From assembly GCA_041659045.1 (NCBI GenBank), contig JBAZZB010000001.1, positions 326,111 to 390,110 of the forward strand: DNA of 64,000 bases, read 5' to 3'. The translations under genes were made by a program, and so were the position numbers. This document shows positions 47,466 through 57,040 of this stretch, piece by piece. The notes beneath the pieces were generated by a model. It was not told where the DNA came from and ran no database searches. It worked only from the letters and a program-made list of their open reading frames with translations. The DNA is from Patescibacteria group bacterium (GTDB lineage Bacteria > Patescibacteriota > Patescibacteriia > SG8-24 > DYFX01). Every line of letters starts with the position of its first letter. Position 1 is the first letter of the stretch.

Positions 47466-47945
47466 TCAGCTGTGGCAGGCTCCTTGTCCCCTCTTTTGGA
47501 GGTATTTTTGGTGATATTCTTCAGCCTTCCAGAACTCCTTGGCGGGCATGATTTCCGTCACGATGGGCTTTGACCATTTTCCAGAAGCTTCCAAGGCCGC
47601 CTTGGAGCGTTCAGCCGATTCCTTTTGCGACGCATCATGATAAAAAATAGTGGATCGGTACTGCGTACCGACGTCCGGGCCCTGACGATTCAAGGTTGTT
47701 GGGTTGTGATTCTCCCAAAAGACTTGAAGAAGCTTCTCATACGGAACCCGCTCAGGGTCGTATGTTATCTGCACGACCTCGGCATGACCGCTTTTATCGC
47801 TACAAACGTCTTCATACGTGGGATTCGGTTTTAAGCCTCCCATGTAGCCCGCTGATGTCTCCGTCACCCCTTCGAGCAGACGGTAGACCTCTTCAACTCC
47901 CCAAAAACAGCCGGCTCCAAAGGTTGCGGTTGCAAGTTGTGACAT
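47466..47945 (-). CDS. msrA: peptide-methionine (S)-S-oxide reductase
   Basis: GAGCFWGVE, GHAEVV, QGPDVGTQYRS, AEEYHQKY. Confidence 0.97.
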   Translation of the reverse strand: MSQLATATFGAGCFWGVEEVYRLLEGVTETSAGYMGGLKPNPTYEDVCSDKSGHAEVVQITYDPERVPYEKLLQVFWENHNPTTLNRQGPDVGTQYRSTIFYHDASQKESAERSKAALEASGKWSKPIVTEIMPAKEFWKAEEYHQKYLQKRGQGACHS

Positions 47946-47988
47946 ATGAGGCCATGATACCAAACGGGACAAAATCCAGGAGGTTCCC

Positions 47989-48657
47989 ATGCACATTCTC
48001 GACTTCAGGCCGGAGGAAATCGCAGCCGCGCTCGCCGGCGAGGAAAAGGCAAAAAAAAGCCTCGACGGGAAGCTCGATCGGATCGCCACGCGGATAGGCA
48101 GCCTGACCAAGAAGCTGGCCGAACTCAAGAAGGAAGCCACCGCTTCAGAGCGTCGTATCGAGCACCTGAACGTCGCGCGCGCACTGCACGTTCCGATTCC
48201 GGAAGAGGTCTGGAACATGCGCGTCGCGCTCGGAGAGATGCGCGTCAAGGCACGAGAAACCGACTCCAAGAGCGAATCAGCGTCTCTTGGCGCGGAGATC
48301 TCGCGTCTCGAGAAGGCTCTTCTCGCGAAGTGTTCGCATTCGTTCGTGATCAATGCGGCGGGTTACCAAGCCTATCAGAGCAACGCCGATGAGGATCGGT
48401 CGGAGCCGGGCGAGCGCTTCTGTGCCATCTGCAACCATCACGAGCGCGAGTACGCGACGTGGTCTGGCGGTGAGGGCGGCTACAAGCAGCTCGTCGAAGC
48501 CGAACACCGCGTGTGGGGCGTAGGACACCGCGAGAAAATCGGGGATCTCCGCAAAGAGTTCCTCGGTAACCACGACCTGAGACAGCTCATCATGCATTTC
48601 ACGCCGCAGCGCGTGCTCGAACTCCTCCAGAACTTCCGCACTCCGCCGACGAAGTAA
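47989..48657 (+). CDS. hypothetical coiled-coil protein with a CxH...CxxC motif
   Basis: AGGAGG SD, N-terminal coiled coil, CSH and CAIC. Confidence 0.7.
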   Translation: MHILDFRPEEIAAALAGEEKAKKSLDGKLDRIATRIGSLTKKLAELKKEATASERRIEHLNVARALHVPIPEEVWNMRVALGEMRVKARETDSKSESASLGAEISRLEKALLAKCSHSFVINAAGYQAYQSNADEDRSEPGERFCAICNHHEREYATWSGGEGGYKQLVEAEHRVWGVGHREKIGDLRKEFLGNHDLRQLIMHFTPQRVLELLQNFRTPPTK

Positions 48658-48708
48658 TCGTCGGTTTTTTGTTGCTTTTGGCTCGAAAACTGCGTACGCT
48701 GCTTCCGT

Positions 48709-50478
48709 ATGCGCACCCTCCTCGAACTCTCAGACCTTCGTAAGACGCATGGACGCTCCGTTATTCTCGACGGAGTGGATTTAACCGTGGCCGAAGGGCA
48801 GAAGATTGCGTTGATCGGCCGCAACGGCGCTGGTAAATCAACCCTCATTCGGATCCTGCTTGGCGAAGAAGAGGCCGATGCGGGCGAAGTGCGTATTTTT
48901 CCTTCATTACGCCTCGGTGCGGTTTCTCAACACGAGACGATTCCAGAAGGCGTGACGGGTTTTGAATACCTCGCCAAAAAAACGGGTCGAGAAACGTGGG
49001 CATGCGCTAAAATGGGCGCGCAGTTCGGTTTGCATCGCGCGCACCTCGACGCGCCAGCTTCGACACTCTCGGGCGGTTACCAAATGCGCTTGAAGCTCAC
49101 GGCCATGCTTCTTGCGGATCCAAATTTGCTTGTCCTCGACGAACCGGTCAACTATCTCGATCTTCCAACTCTGTTGTTGCTTGAGCGTTTTTTGAAAACG
49201 TATCGCGGAGCGTTTATCGTCACGTCACACGATCGCGCTTTTTTGAATGCCGTTGCAGATCGCACGGCGGAAATTGAGCGCGGAAAACTGACGTCGTCGC
49301 CGGAAGCGGTCAATACCTATCTCGTCCGAAAGGCCGAGGCGCGCGCCTTCGTGTTGCGTACCAATAAAAAAATCCAGAAGGAACGCGCGCACATTCAGGA
49401 ATTTATCGATCGCTTCCGTTTCAAAGCGAGCAAAGCCAAGCAGGCACAGTCGCGCATCAAGAAGCTTTCAAAGATGGCGAACATCGACGTTGAGAGTCTG
49501 CTGCCGACGGCGCGTATCGCAATCCCCTCGCCTCTTGTCACGCACGGCCCGGCGCTGCACGTGCAGGACCTTGCGATCGGCTACGACGGCCGCGTTGTAG
49601 CTTCTGACATCGTTTTTGATCTCCAGCGTGGCGAGCACGTCGCGATTTTGGGAGGTAACGGCATGGGTAAGTCGACGCTCCTTAAAACGATCTCCGGTTT
49701 CTTGCCGTCCATAAGTGGCGTCGCGAAATGGTGGCACAAAGCGGAAATCGGCTACTACGCTCAGCATACCGAAGCGGCGCTGAAGCCTGAGGACACGGTC
49801 ATGGAACATCTTGCGCGCTCAGCTCCACCGTCAACGCGCCAGGAGGATCTGCTCAAGATGGCGGGCGATTTTCTGTTTCGAGAAGATGATCTCGAAAAAC
49901 GCGTCTCGGTACTTTCCGGCGGAGAACGCGCGCGCTTGTGTTTGGCGGGCCTGCTGCTTTCGCCGCACAACGTCCTTCTTCTCGACGAACCGACGAACCA
50001 CTTAGACGCTGAGACGTCGGAATCGCTCGCGCGTGCGCTCCAGAAATATCCCGGCACGATCGTTTTCGTGAGCCACAGCCAATCGTTCATCAAAGCGCTC
50101 GCCACGCGCATTTTTGAAGCGCGCGAAGGTAAGGTGCGGCAGTATCCAGGCACCTATGATGAATATCTGGCCGACCTCGGTGCCGCGATGGAAGAAGACG
50201 TGCACGGCGCGGAAAACGAATCGGAGCCGACGACCACGGCCGAAGTCGAAGCTCGTCGTCACGCCCAGACGGTTTTGAAAGAGAAGCGCCGCCGCCAGCA
50301 AAAAATCGAAGAACGCATGAAAGTTCTTGATCGCGAAAAAAGCGAGATTCTCGCCTACTATTTTGAAAACCCAACGGATTACGCGCCTGAAAAACACACG
50401 CGCTTGCAGGAGCTCGATGAAGAACTTACGCGGCTGGAAAAGGAGTGGTACGCGCTTCTCGCCGAAACCGGTTCCTAG
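48709..50478 (+). CDS. ABC-F family ATPase
   Basis: Two NBDs: GRNGAGKST/LSGG/LDEP and GGNGMGKST/LSGGE/LDEPTNHLD; C-terminal coiled coil. Confidence 0.95.
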   Translation: MRTLLELSDLRKTHGRSVILDGVDLTVAEGQKIALIGRNGAGKSTLIRILLGEEEADAGEVRIFPSLRLGAVSQHETIPEGVTGFEYLAKKTGRETWACAKMGAQFGLHRAHLDAPASTLSGGYQMRLKLTAMLLADPNLLVLDEPVNYLDLPTLLLLERFLKTYRGAFIVTSHDRAFLNAVADRTAEIERGKLTSSPEAVNTYLVRKAEARAFVLRTNKKIQKERAHIQEFIDRFRFKASKAKQAQSRIKKLSKMANIDVESLLPTARIAIPSPLVTHGPALHVQDLAIGYDGRVVASDIVFDLQRGEHVAILGGNGMGKSTLLKTISGFLPSISGVAKWWHKAEIGYYAQHTEAALKPEDTVMEHLARSAPPSTRQEDLLKMAGDFLFREDDLEKRVSVLSGGERARLCLAGLLLSPHNVLLLDEPTNHLDAETSESLARALQKYPGTIVFVSHSQSFIKALATRIFEAREGKVRQYPGTYDEYLADLGAAMEEDVHGAENESEPTTTAEVEARRHAQTVLKEKRRRQQKIEERMKVLDREKSEILAYYFENPTDYAPEKHTRLQELDEELTRLEKEWYALLAETGS

Positions 50479-51689
50479 CGAATCGCCTCACTCCACTTTT
50501 TAACGACTTCCTCGAAGGCCGTTTTCTCCTCTGGCTTGATCGGGTCAGTACCCGGAAACGTTTCCTTCATCGGATTGATCTTCGTTCCGTTTTTGACCAT
50601 CTCATAGTGCAGGTGAGGTCCGGTCGAAAAACCCGTCGAACCGACGTAGCCGATCACCTGGCCCTGCGTCACCTTCTGACCGCGCTTCACGGCAATCTTC
50701 GATTGGTGCGCGTAGTTCGTAGTGTAGGTGCCGTTGTGGCGAATCGACACTTTGTTGCCGTAAGGACCATCCCAGCCAGCAAAAGCAACGACGCCGTCGG
50801 CCGTGGCGCGAATTGGCGTGCCTTTTGAAGCCGCGTAATCGATAGCGCGGTGGCCCGTCGAGGTATTAAAAGCGCTCACGTAGCGTCGACCGGTCGTGAA
50901 ACCGGACGTGATGTATTTGAAGGCGACAGGAGCCTTCAAGAACATTTTGCGCTGCGAGTTTCCTTTTTCATCGTAATACCCGCCTTCGCCCGCGGCGTTC
51001 TCAAACCAGAAGGCGCGATACGGTTCGCCGCCATTCACGTACTCTGCCGCGAAGACGCGACCAGGCATGACGTAGGCACCATCGCGATAACGTTCTTCAT
51101 AGACAACTGTGAACGTGTCGCCGACGCGCACGTCTTGCGCAAAGTCGATCGTCCACTGGAACACGTCGCCAAGTTCGATAACGGCGCGTTCATCCATCCC
51201 CTGCTCGAGCCCGGCCGCGTAGAGCGAAGACGAAACGGTACCTTTTACCGTTTTCAGTTTGATGTCGTACGTAATCGCTTCAAGCGCCGCTGTCCAGCCG
51301 TCTGCGCCTTTACGCACGTGCAACTCTTCTTCACTGCTTGGCGCGTACATCAGCTCCTTGAATGCTCCGGTTTGCGGATCGAACGCCAGCTCGAGACGCT
51401 TGCCAGCGCGAATCGTGGCCAGGTCATACAGTTCTTTGGCGGCTTCGTAGATCGCTGTCGCGTCTGTAGCGGAGATGCCATGTTCTTCCATCAAAATCCC
51501 ATACGTTGCCTTCGGGGCGATCTCTACCGTCTCGACGCGATCTTTTGGGGATTCCGGCGGCGCAATCGTTTCTTCTTCCACCACGCGCTCCTGGCTCCCT
51601 ACGGCTTTATGCGAAGAAGGAAGCAAAAGAAAAACGCCGCCTACCAGCATCACGATTCCAGCCACGAGCGTGAGCATCTTGCCTTTCAT
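50475..51689 (-). CDS. M23-family peptidoglycan DD-endopeptidase (MepM-like)
   Basis: N-terminal TM, HRAIDYAA, YAHQS, STGPHLHYE. Confidence 0.93.
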   Translation of the reverse strand: MKGKMLTLVAGIVMLVGGVFLLLPSSHKAVGSQERVVEEETIAPPESPKDRVETVEIAPKATYGILMEEHGISATDATAIYEAAKELYDLATIRAGKRLELAFDPQTGAFKELMYAPSSEEELHVRKGADGWTAALEAITYDIKLKTVKGTVSSSLYAAGLEQGMDERAVIELGDVFQWTIDFAQDVRVGDTFTVVYEERYRDGAYVMPGRVFAAEYVNGGEPYRAFWFENAAGEGGYYDEKGNSQRKMFLKAPVAFKYITSGFTTGRRYVSAFNTSTGHRAIDYAASKGTPIRATADGVVAFAGWDGPYGNKVSIRHNGTYTTNYAHQSKIAVKRGQKVTQGQVIGYVGSTGFSTGPHLHYEMVKNGTKINPMKETFPGTDPIKPEEKTAFEEVVKKWSEAIR

Positions 51690-51806
51690 AAGGACGAGTG
51701 TAACGCAGAAGCAAAAGGCACGGAAGGCGAGCCTTGACATTTTCGCTTATTTCTGCTTAAATTGCTTCTTGCTCATTCCGACAACCCGCCACGAAAAGAG
51801 GACTCA

Positions 51807-52484
51807 ATGCCCCGCACGCGCACCGCTGTCCTGATCCACGGCTTCCACCTGCAGTCCGCCATGACCTCCAACGGTCGCGTCTACGACTGGCGCGATCTCG
51901 CGATCGGTCGGATCGAAGACGGTCACCTGAACGGACGCGCCACCTATGGCGTCGGCCTGGCCTTCAAGGAGTGCGCCGACACGATCATCTTCTCCACCGG
52001 CGCGAGCGAGCGCGATGGGCTCAAGGAGGCCCAGTACACGCACCGAGAGATCGTGCGTGAGTCCGAGCGCATCTCGCGGGCACTCGGCGTCACGTCCGAC
52101 CACTTCCAGGAGTGGCTCCTGACGCGCGTTCGGCTCGACATCGAGTCCCAGACCACGGCGGAGGAGCTCCGGCGGAACCTCACCTGGTGCGCCGAGCACG
52201 ATCACCACCGCGTGTTCCTGATCACGAGCCGCTTCCACGCGCCGCGCGCACTGGCCAACGCTCACGCTGTGAGTGCGCGGCTCGGGCTCCACAAGCTCCA
52301 GCTCTTCGCCTCGGCGCCCGACGATCCGTCGCCCGCGCCCGTGATCTTCGAACCGCCGACGCGCCCGGATCGCCCGAGCCACGACTGGCACGGTACGCTC
52401 CCCGGGATCTTCTCGATTCCGGACGCGCACCAGGCGGCGGCGCTCGCCGAGATCCAGGCGGTCATCGCCAAGTACAAGCTCTGA
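51807..52484 (+). CDS. DUF218/YdcF-like protein
   Basis: IIFSTG, SQTTAEE, LITSRFHAPRA; GAGG SD; promoter TTGACA-18-TAAATT (51734-51763). Confidence 0.65.
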   Translation: MPRTRTAVLIHGFHLQSAMTSNGRVYDWRDLAIGRIEDGHLNGRATYGVGLAFKECADTIIFSTGASERDGLKEAQYTHREIVRESERISRALGVTSDHFQEWLLTRVRLDIESQTTAEELRRNLTWCAEHDHHRVFLITSRFHAPRALANAHAVSARLGLHKLQLFASAPDDPSPAPVIFEPPTRPDRPSHDWHGTLPGIFSIPDAHQAAALAEIQAVIAKYKL

Positions 52485-52489
52485 ACGCA

Positions 52490-52522
52490 CAAGCCCCGCA
52501 TCCTTGGATGCAGGGCTTTTCA
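52490..52522. terminator. terminator between convergent genes
   Basis: AAGCCCCGCATCC-TT-GGATGCAGGGCTTTT. Confidence 0.7.
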
Positions 52523-52526
52523 TTTA

Positions 52527-53993
52527 CTAGAGCGCGGCGAGATCGATGCGTTCGCTGATGCGGATTTGCGAAACGAAGTCGGGAATGTGGCTCACCATGA
52601 TCATGGCGCCCTCGTATGAATCGAGAGCCTTGGCGATCACGGGAAGATGGCGGAAGTTGATGTGGTTGGTGGGTTCGTCGAGGATCAAGAGGCCTGGGCG
52701 CATGAGCATGAGCCGAGCAAAGGCCAAGAGACCTTTCTGTCCTTCGGAGAGCTGCCCAATCTTCGTTGCAAGGGCCTTGCCGTCGAGCAGGAAGCCCGCG
52801 GCGGCCGAACGCAGATCGTGTTCACTCTTCTCGACCATCGCGTCGTAGAGGCTGTCGTAGCCCGTCTGGCTGAAGTCGAGTGTCGAGAAGTCCTGGCGGT
52901 AGTAGCCGACCACGACTTCCGGCGCGACCTTCACGCCTTCGGCGGTTCCGGAGGCGATCTTTTCGAGCAAGGTCGTCTTACCGATGCCGTTCGGACCGGA
53001 CAAGAGCAAGTGCGATCCGCGCCGCAGATCAAGGTCGAGATTCTTCAATACAGGTTCGCCGTGTTTGACGATGCCAACCTGCGTGATCCCGACGATCTTG
53101 CCACTGAACTCTCGTTCGAACTTTTGGCACGGGATCGTAAAGTCGCGGATCGTGCGGTCTTCCTGACGCACTTCGACCATACTCTCTTCCGCTTCTTCGG
53201 CGGCTTCGCGCATGCGCTTGGCGACCGAGCGAAGTTTTCCGCCTTTGTGCGCGAAAACTTCCGCTTGCTCGCGCTTCTTCCTGATTTCGGCTTCGGCACG
53301 GGCGTTCTGCTGGCGTTCGCGTTCGACACGCTGGTTGATTTCTTCTACTACGTTGTAGTAGTTGCCTTCGTACTGCTCAACTTTGTGCGTGTGCACGTCG
53401 AGATATAGGACGCCGTCGGTGAAGGCATTCAAGAACTCTGCGTCGTGGGAAATGACGATGACGGTTTTGTCGTACGTCATGAGGAAACCCGTCAGGTGGT
53501 CGATGCCGGCCTGGTCGAGGTTGTTGGTCGGCTCGTCGAGAAGAAGAATGTCCGGGTTCTGGATGAGCGCGTAGGCCAATAGAAGACGCGCTTGCTGGCC
53601 TCCGGAGTGCGCGCGGACTTTCTTCGTGATGTCCGTCGTGAAGTTTACGGCTTCAAAAACATCGGCGATGCGCTTGTCGAGGTTGTACGGCACTTCAGCG
53701 AACGTTGAGGCGAACAAGTCGCGTACCGTGAGGTCGAGCTGTTCTTGCGTGAAGACTTGCTTGCCGATGCCGACGGTCGCGTCTTTTGGGGTCAGGAACA
53801 TGCCGCCGGAACGGTGCTTGTTTTCGCCGAGGATCAGCTTGAAGAGCGACGTCTTGCCAGCGCCGTTCTGTCCCATGAGAGCGATCTTCGAGCCGTTACG
53901 AACCGAAAAAGAAGCCTCATCAAGGATGAGCTTGTGGTCACCATATTCGAAGGTGACATCGCTAAAACGGAGGACGACAGCGTCGTTGGCCAT
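52527..53993 (-). CDS. ABC-F family ATPase (second, compact)
   Basis: GQNGAGKT/SGGQ/LDEPTNNLD and GPNGIGKTT/LSEGQ/LDEPTNHI. Confidence 0.93.
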   Translation of the reverse strand: MANDAVVLRFSDVTFEYGDHKLILDEASFSVRNGSKIALMGQNGAGKTSLFKLILGENKHRSGGMFLTPKDATVGIGKQVFTQEQLDLTVRDLFASTFAEVPYNLDKRIADVFEAVNFTTDITKKVRAHSGGQQARLLLAYALIQNPDILLLDEPTNNLDQAGIDHLTGFLMTYDKTVIVISHDAEFLNAFTDGVLYLDVHTHKVEQYEGNYYNVVEEINQRVERERQQNARAEAEIRKKREQAEVFAHKGGKLRSVAKRMREAAEEAEESMVEVRQEDRTIRDFTIPCQKFEREFSGKIVGITQVGIVKHGEPVLKNLDLDLRRGSHLLLSGPNGIGKTTLLEKIASGTAEGVKVAPEVVVGYYRQDFSTLDFSQTGYDSLYDAMVEKSEHDLRSAAAGFLLDGKALATKIGQLSEGQKGLLAFARLMLMRPGLLILDEPTNHINFRHLPVIAKALDSYEGAMIMVSHIPDFVSQIRISERIDLAAL

Positions 53994-54085
53994 ATCGGCA
54001 GGAACAGTACTCTCTTTTGCGAGTTTCGGCAAGCCCCGTAGAGCGCGTTGCGCCACGGGGCAAGTCCGGCTACCATGACGGACAT

Positions 54086-54589
54086 ATGCAAGTCCCGAAG
54101 CGCAAACCCGGCAAATACGCCCCTGGCCCCGCCGACTATCATCTGACGCCGGAAGCCATGCAAGCCCTGAAAGACGAGATGGAGCGCATCGTGACGAAGA
54201 TCCAGCCAAAAGCCGTAGAGGAGCTGCGCCGCACCCGCGAGATGGGCGACCTCTCCGAAAACTTCGCGTACTCCGCCGCCAAGGCGAAAGTAGGCGGTTT
54301 AGAGATGCGCGTGCTGGAAATTAAAGAACGCCTGAGGAACGCGATTCCGATTCGACGCGGAGCGGCCGCGGACGGAAGCGTGCGCATCGGTGCGTCCGTG
54401 GAGGTTGAAGTGAACGGCAAAACGAAAGTCTACGACGTCGTCGGTTCGCAAGAGACAAACCCAGGCAGCGGCGCGATCTCCTACCTCTCACCTCTCGGCG
54501 AAGCGCTCATGGGCCACAAAGCCGGCGAGATCGTCAAAATCTCCGCGGGCGGAAAAGAAGTGATCTACAAAATTCTGGGCGTACGCTAA
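54086..54589 (+). CDS. GreA/GreB-family elongation factor (second paralog)
   Basis: GDLSENFAYSAAK, ISYLSPLGEALMG. Confidence 0.9.
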   Translation: MQVPKRKPGKYAPGPADYHLTPEAMQALKDEMERIVTKIQPKAVEELRRTREMGDLSENFAYSAAKAKVGGLEMRVLEIKERLRNAIPIRRGAAADGSVRIGASVEVEVNGKTKVYDVVGSQETNPGSGAISYLSPLGEALMGHKAGEIVKISAGGKEVIYKILGVR

Positions 54590-54594
54590 GTCCG

Positions 54595-55758
54595 TCAGTG
54601 AACGTGCGCGTGTCCTTGGTGGTCCGTGGTTTCATCCGGACCCGTTTTTCCGAATATCGCCGCAGCCAAGGCGGTCGTAATCGGCACCGCCAAGATCAAA
54701 CAAACGCTGCCGACAAGCGTACGCACAATCTCCTCAGAAATAACTTCGTTGTTGAGCAGGAACCAGACCGGCTGGTCTCGATAAACCGTGAAGAGCATGA
54801 AGAGAGGCAGCGATGCGCCGGCATACGCAAGAAACAGAGTGTTGACGAGAGAAGCAATGTGCTCGCGACCAACCGAGAGCCCGCGCTTATAGAGCTCCTT
54901 GAACGGTAGGCTCGGGTTCGCGCGTTTGAGTTCATCGACGACGGCCGATTGTGCCGTCGTGATGTCATCGAGGACACCAAGAACGCCGAGCATGATGCCG
55001 CCAAGCAGGAGTCCACGCAGATCGATCGCGCCAAAGTCTCCATTTTGAAGATAGAGCGCGTGCTCGTCGCCCATGCCGTTCATGCGGGCGATCGATACGG
55101 CGAAAGCGGCGGCGAGAGCAGAAAGCGCCAGCGTGATGATCGTGCCGACGAAGGCGACGGACGTGCGTTTGTTGAAACCGTGCGCGAGGTAGAGCGAAAC
55201 CGCCGCGATTCCGAACGTGCCGATCAAGGTCGCGGTAAACGGATTACCGCCCCCGAGAATTCTCGGAACGATATAGCCGAGAATGATGAAGACGCTCGCG
55301 CCTAAACCGAGTATCGACGTGAAGCCTCGCCAGCCACCGAAGGCAACGGCGAGCACGAAGAAGCCGAGCGTCATCCAAAACAAGGTCGGCAAGCGATAGT
55401 TGTCGGCCATGTACCAGCGCTCGCTCCCATCGAGCTGCGCGCTTTTCACAACGACGACTCTGTCCCCCACGTTGATCGAGCGCTGATTTCCGTTTGCGTT
55501 GAAGACACTTCCTTCGATTCGAACTTCATCGCCTTTCTCTGGACCGCTCTCGAGTCGAACCCGGTAATCGGTCACGCGATCGGTTTCGCCGAGCGAATCT
55601 TGTTGCGTTCCTTTTTCTTCGACGGAAAGCACCTTAGCTCGCAGGTATTCGTCTTGCGGCAATGAGGCGGGCTCTTGTTGCGCGAACGCAAAGCTTGGAA
55701 TCGTTAGAAAAACCAAAGCTCCCAAGAGTGCGGTGGTTGTTCGGAAACGCAGCATCAT
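54595..55758 (-). CDS. YibE/F-family membrane protein
   Basis: LGVLDDIT, GREHIASLVNTLFLAYAG, EEIVRTLVGS, VPITT. Confidence 0.92.
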   Translation of the reverse strand: MMLRFRTTTALLGALVFLTIPSFAFAQQEPASLPQDEYLRAKVLSVEEKGTQQDSLGETDRVTDYRVRLESGPEKGDEVRIEGSVFNANGNQRSINVGDRVVVVKSAQLDGSERWYMADNYRLPTLFWMTLGFFVLAVAFGGWRGFTSILGLGASVFIILGYIVPRILGGGNPFTATLIGTFGIAAVSLYLAHGFNKRTSVAFVGTIITLALSALAAAFAVSIARMNGMGDEHALYLQNGDFGAIDLRGLLLGGIMLGVLGVLDDITTAQSAVVDELKRANPSLPFKELYKRGLSVGREHIASLVNTLFLAYAGASLPLFMLFTVYRDQPVWFLLNNEVISEEIVRTLVGSVCLILAVPITTALAAAIFGKTGPDETTDHQGHAHVH

Positions 55759-55779
55759 ATGACTCAGTATACCTGACAT

Positions 55780-57018
55780 CTATGCCTCCGTACCCGCGCT
55801 CTCGCCAGCTGCTCGACCGGCCGCCCAAGAAGCTTGGAGATTGAAGCCGCCGGTAAAGCCGTCGATGTCGAGAATCTCTCCCGCAAAAAACAGTCCGGGG
55901 GAGATTTTTGATTCCATCGTGCGCGGGTCGACGTCTGCCAGGTCGACGCCACCCGCCGTCACAAATTCATCGCCCGCACCTCGCCCGATAATGTTGAGTG
56001 GGATCGCTTTGAGCCACGTGATGATGCGTCGTGTGTCTTTTTTCGAAACTTCGGCCGCTTTCGTGTGTTCATCAAGACCCAACTCGCGACAGAGCACTTC
56101 CGCAAGCGACTTCGACATCAGGAAATCAAGAATCGTACCGAGCAGTTTTTTCGAATGGGTGTGGAAAAGCGTTTCGAGTTTCCCTAGCAGTTCCTCCTCG
56201 GAAAGATCCGGGAAGATATCGATGAGGAGCGGCATCGGATGCGCGGCGTCGTATGTTTCAAACGCAACAAGGCTGGAGAGCGCGAAAACAGCGGGACCGC
56301 TCACGCCGCGGTGCGTGAACAGGAATGGCCCGGTGAACTCGTAGCCTTTCTCAAAGCGCGCGCGTAACCGCCCTTTTTCGAACGACAAGCCCGACACTTC
56401 CTTCGGCCACGTCTCGCGCGCAAAAAACGAATTCAAACTTGGTGCCAGCGGCGTAACTTTGTGGCCGAGTGCCTCGGCAAAAGCGTAACCGTCGCCCGTC
56501 GAACCGGTGTGACGAAAGGCTTGGCCTCCTGTCGTTAAAATAACGCGATCAACATCCAACGCTTCGCTATCTTTAAAAGAAATTCGATACCCACTCCCCT
56601 GCCGTTCAATCTTAATCGCATGGCGATTCAACCAGACGCGCACGTTGGAATCTTCAAAAAGACGCTCAAAGGCGCCAACGATGTCGTGACCATCGTTAGA
56701 CTGTGGAAACGCGCGCAGGTCCTCTTCGATTTTGAGCGGCACGCCGTGCCCCTCGAACCACTCGTAAACCGCTTCAGGCGGAAAGCGACGCATGACGGAG
56801 TTCAAAAACTTCCCGCCGCGCGGATACTTCGAAAGCACGATACGGATGTCGCGGAGCCCCGTCGTGACGTTGCAGCGTCCGCCGCCCGAGATGATGACTT
56901 TTTTTCCCAGGCCGTTGTTTTTCTCAATCAAGAAAACTTCGACGTTTGGATTCTGTTCACGGATCGTGGCGGCGGCCATGAGCCCAGCCGCGCCAGCTCC
57001 GATAATGGCGACTTTCAT
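55780..57018 (-). CDS. HI0933/YhiN-family flavoprotein oxidoreductase
   Basis: IGAGAAGLMAA, ISGGGRCNVT, GSTGDGY, LFTHRGVSGP, VTAGGV, TGGFNLQ. Confidence 0.93.
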   Translation of the reverse strand: MKVAIIGAGAAGLMAAATIREQNPNVEVFLIEKNNGLGKKVIISGGGRCNVTTGLRDIRIVLSKYPRGGKFLNSVMRRFPPEAVYEWFEGHGVPLKIEEDLRAFPQSNDGHDIVGAFERLFEDSNVRVWLNRHAIKIERQGSGYRISFKDSEALDVDRVILTTGGQAFRHTGSTGDGYAFAEALGHKVTPLAPSLNSFFARETWPKEVSGLSFEKGRLRARFEKGYEFTGPFLFTHRGVSGPAVFALSSLVAFETYDAAHPMPLLIDIFPDLSEEELLGKLETLFHTHSKKLLGTILDFLMSKSLAEVLCRELGLDEHTKAAEVSKKDTRRIITWLKAIPLNIIGRGAGDEFVTAGGVDLADVDPRTMESKISPGLFFAGEILDIDGFTGGFNLQASWAAGRAAGESAGTEA

Positions 57019-57040
57019 GCCTTTAGCCTAGCACAACTCG

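Noticed and set aside
47946-48353. Long N-terminal extension of MsrA in the ORF track (similar extensions on lysS, metG, ABC-F and CA paralog 2)
   Set aside because: Extensions overlap neighbouring genes or promoters; family homology begins at the downstream ATG
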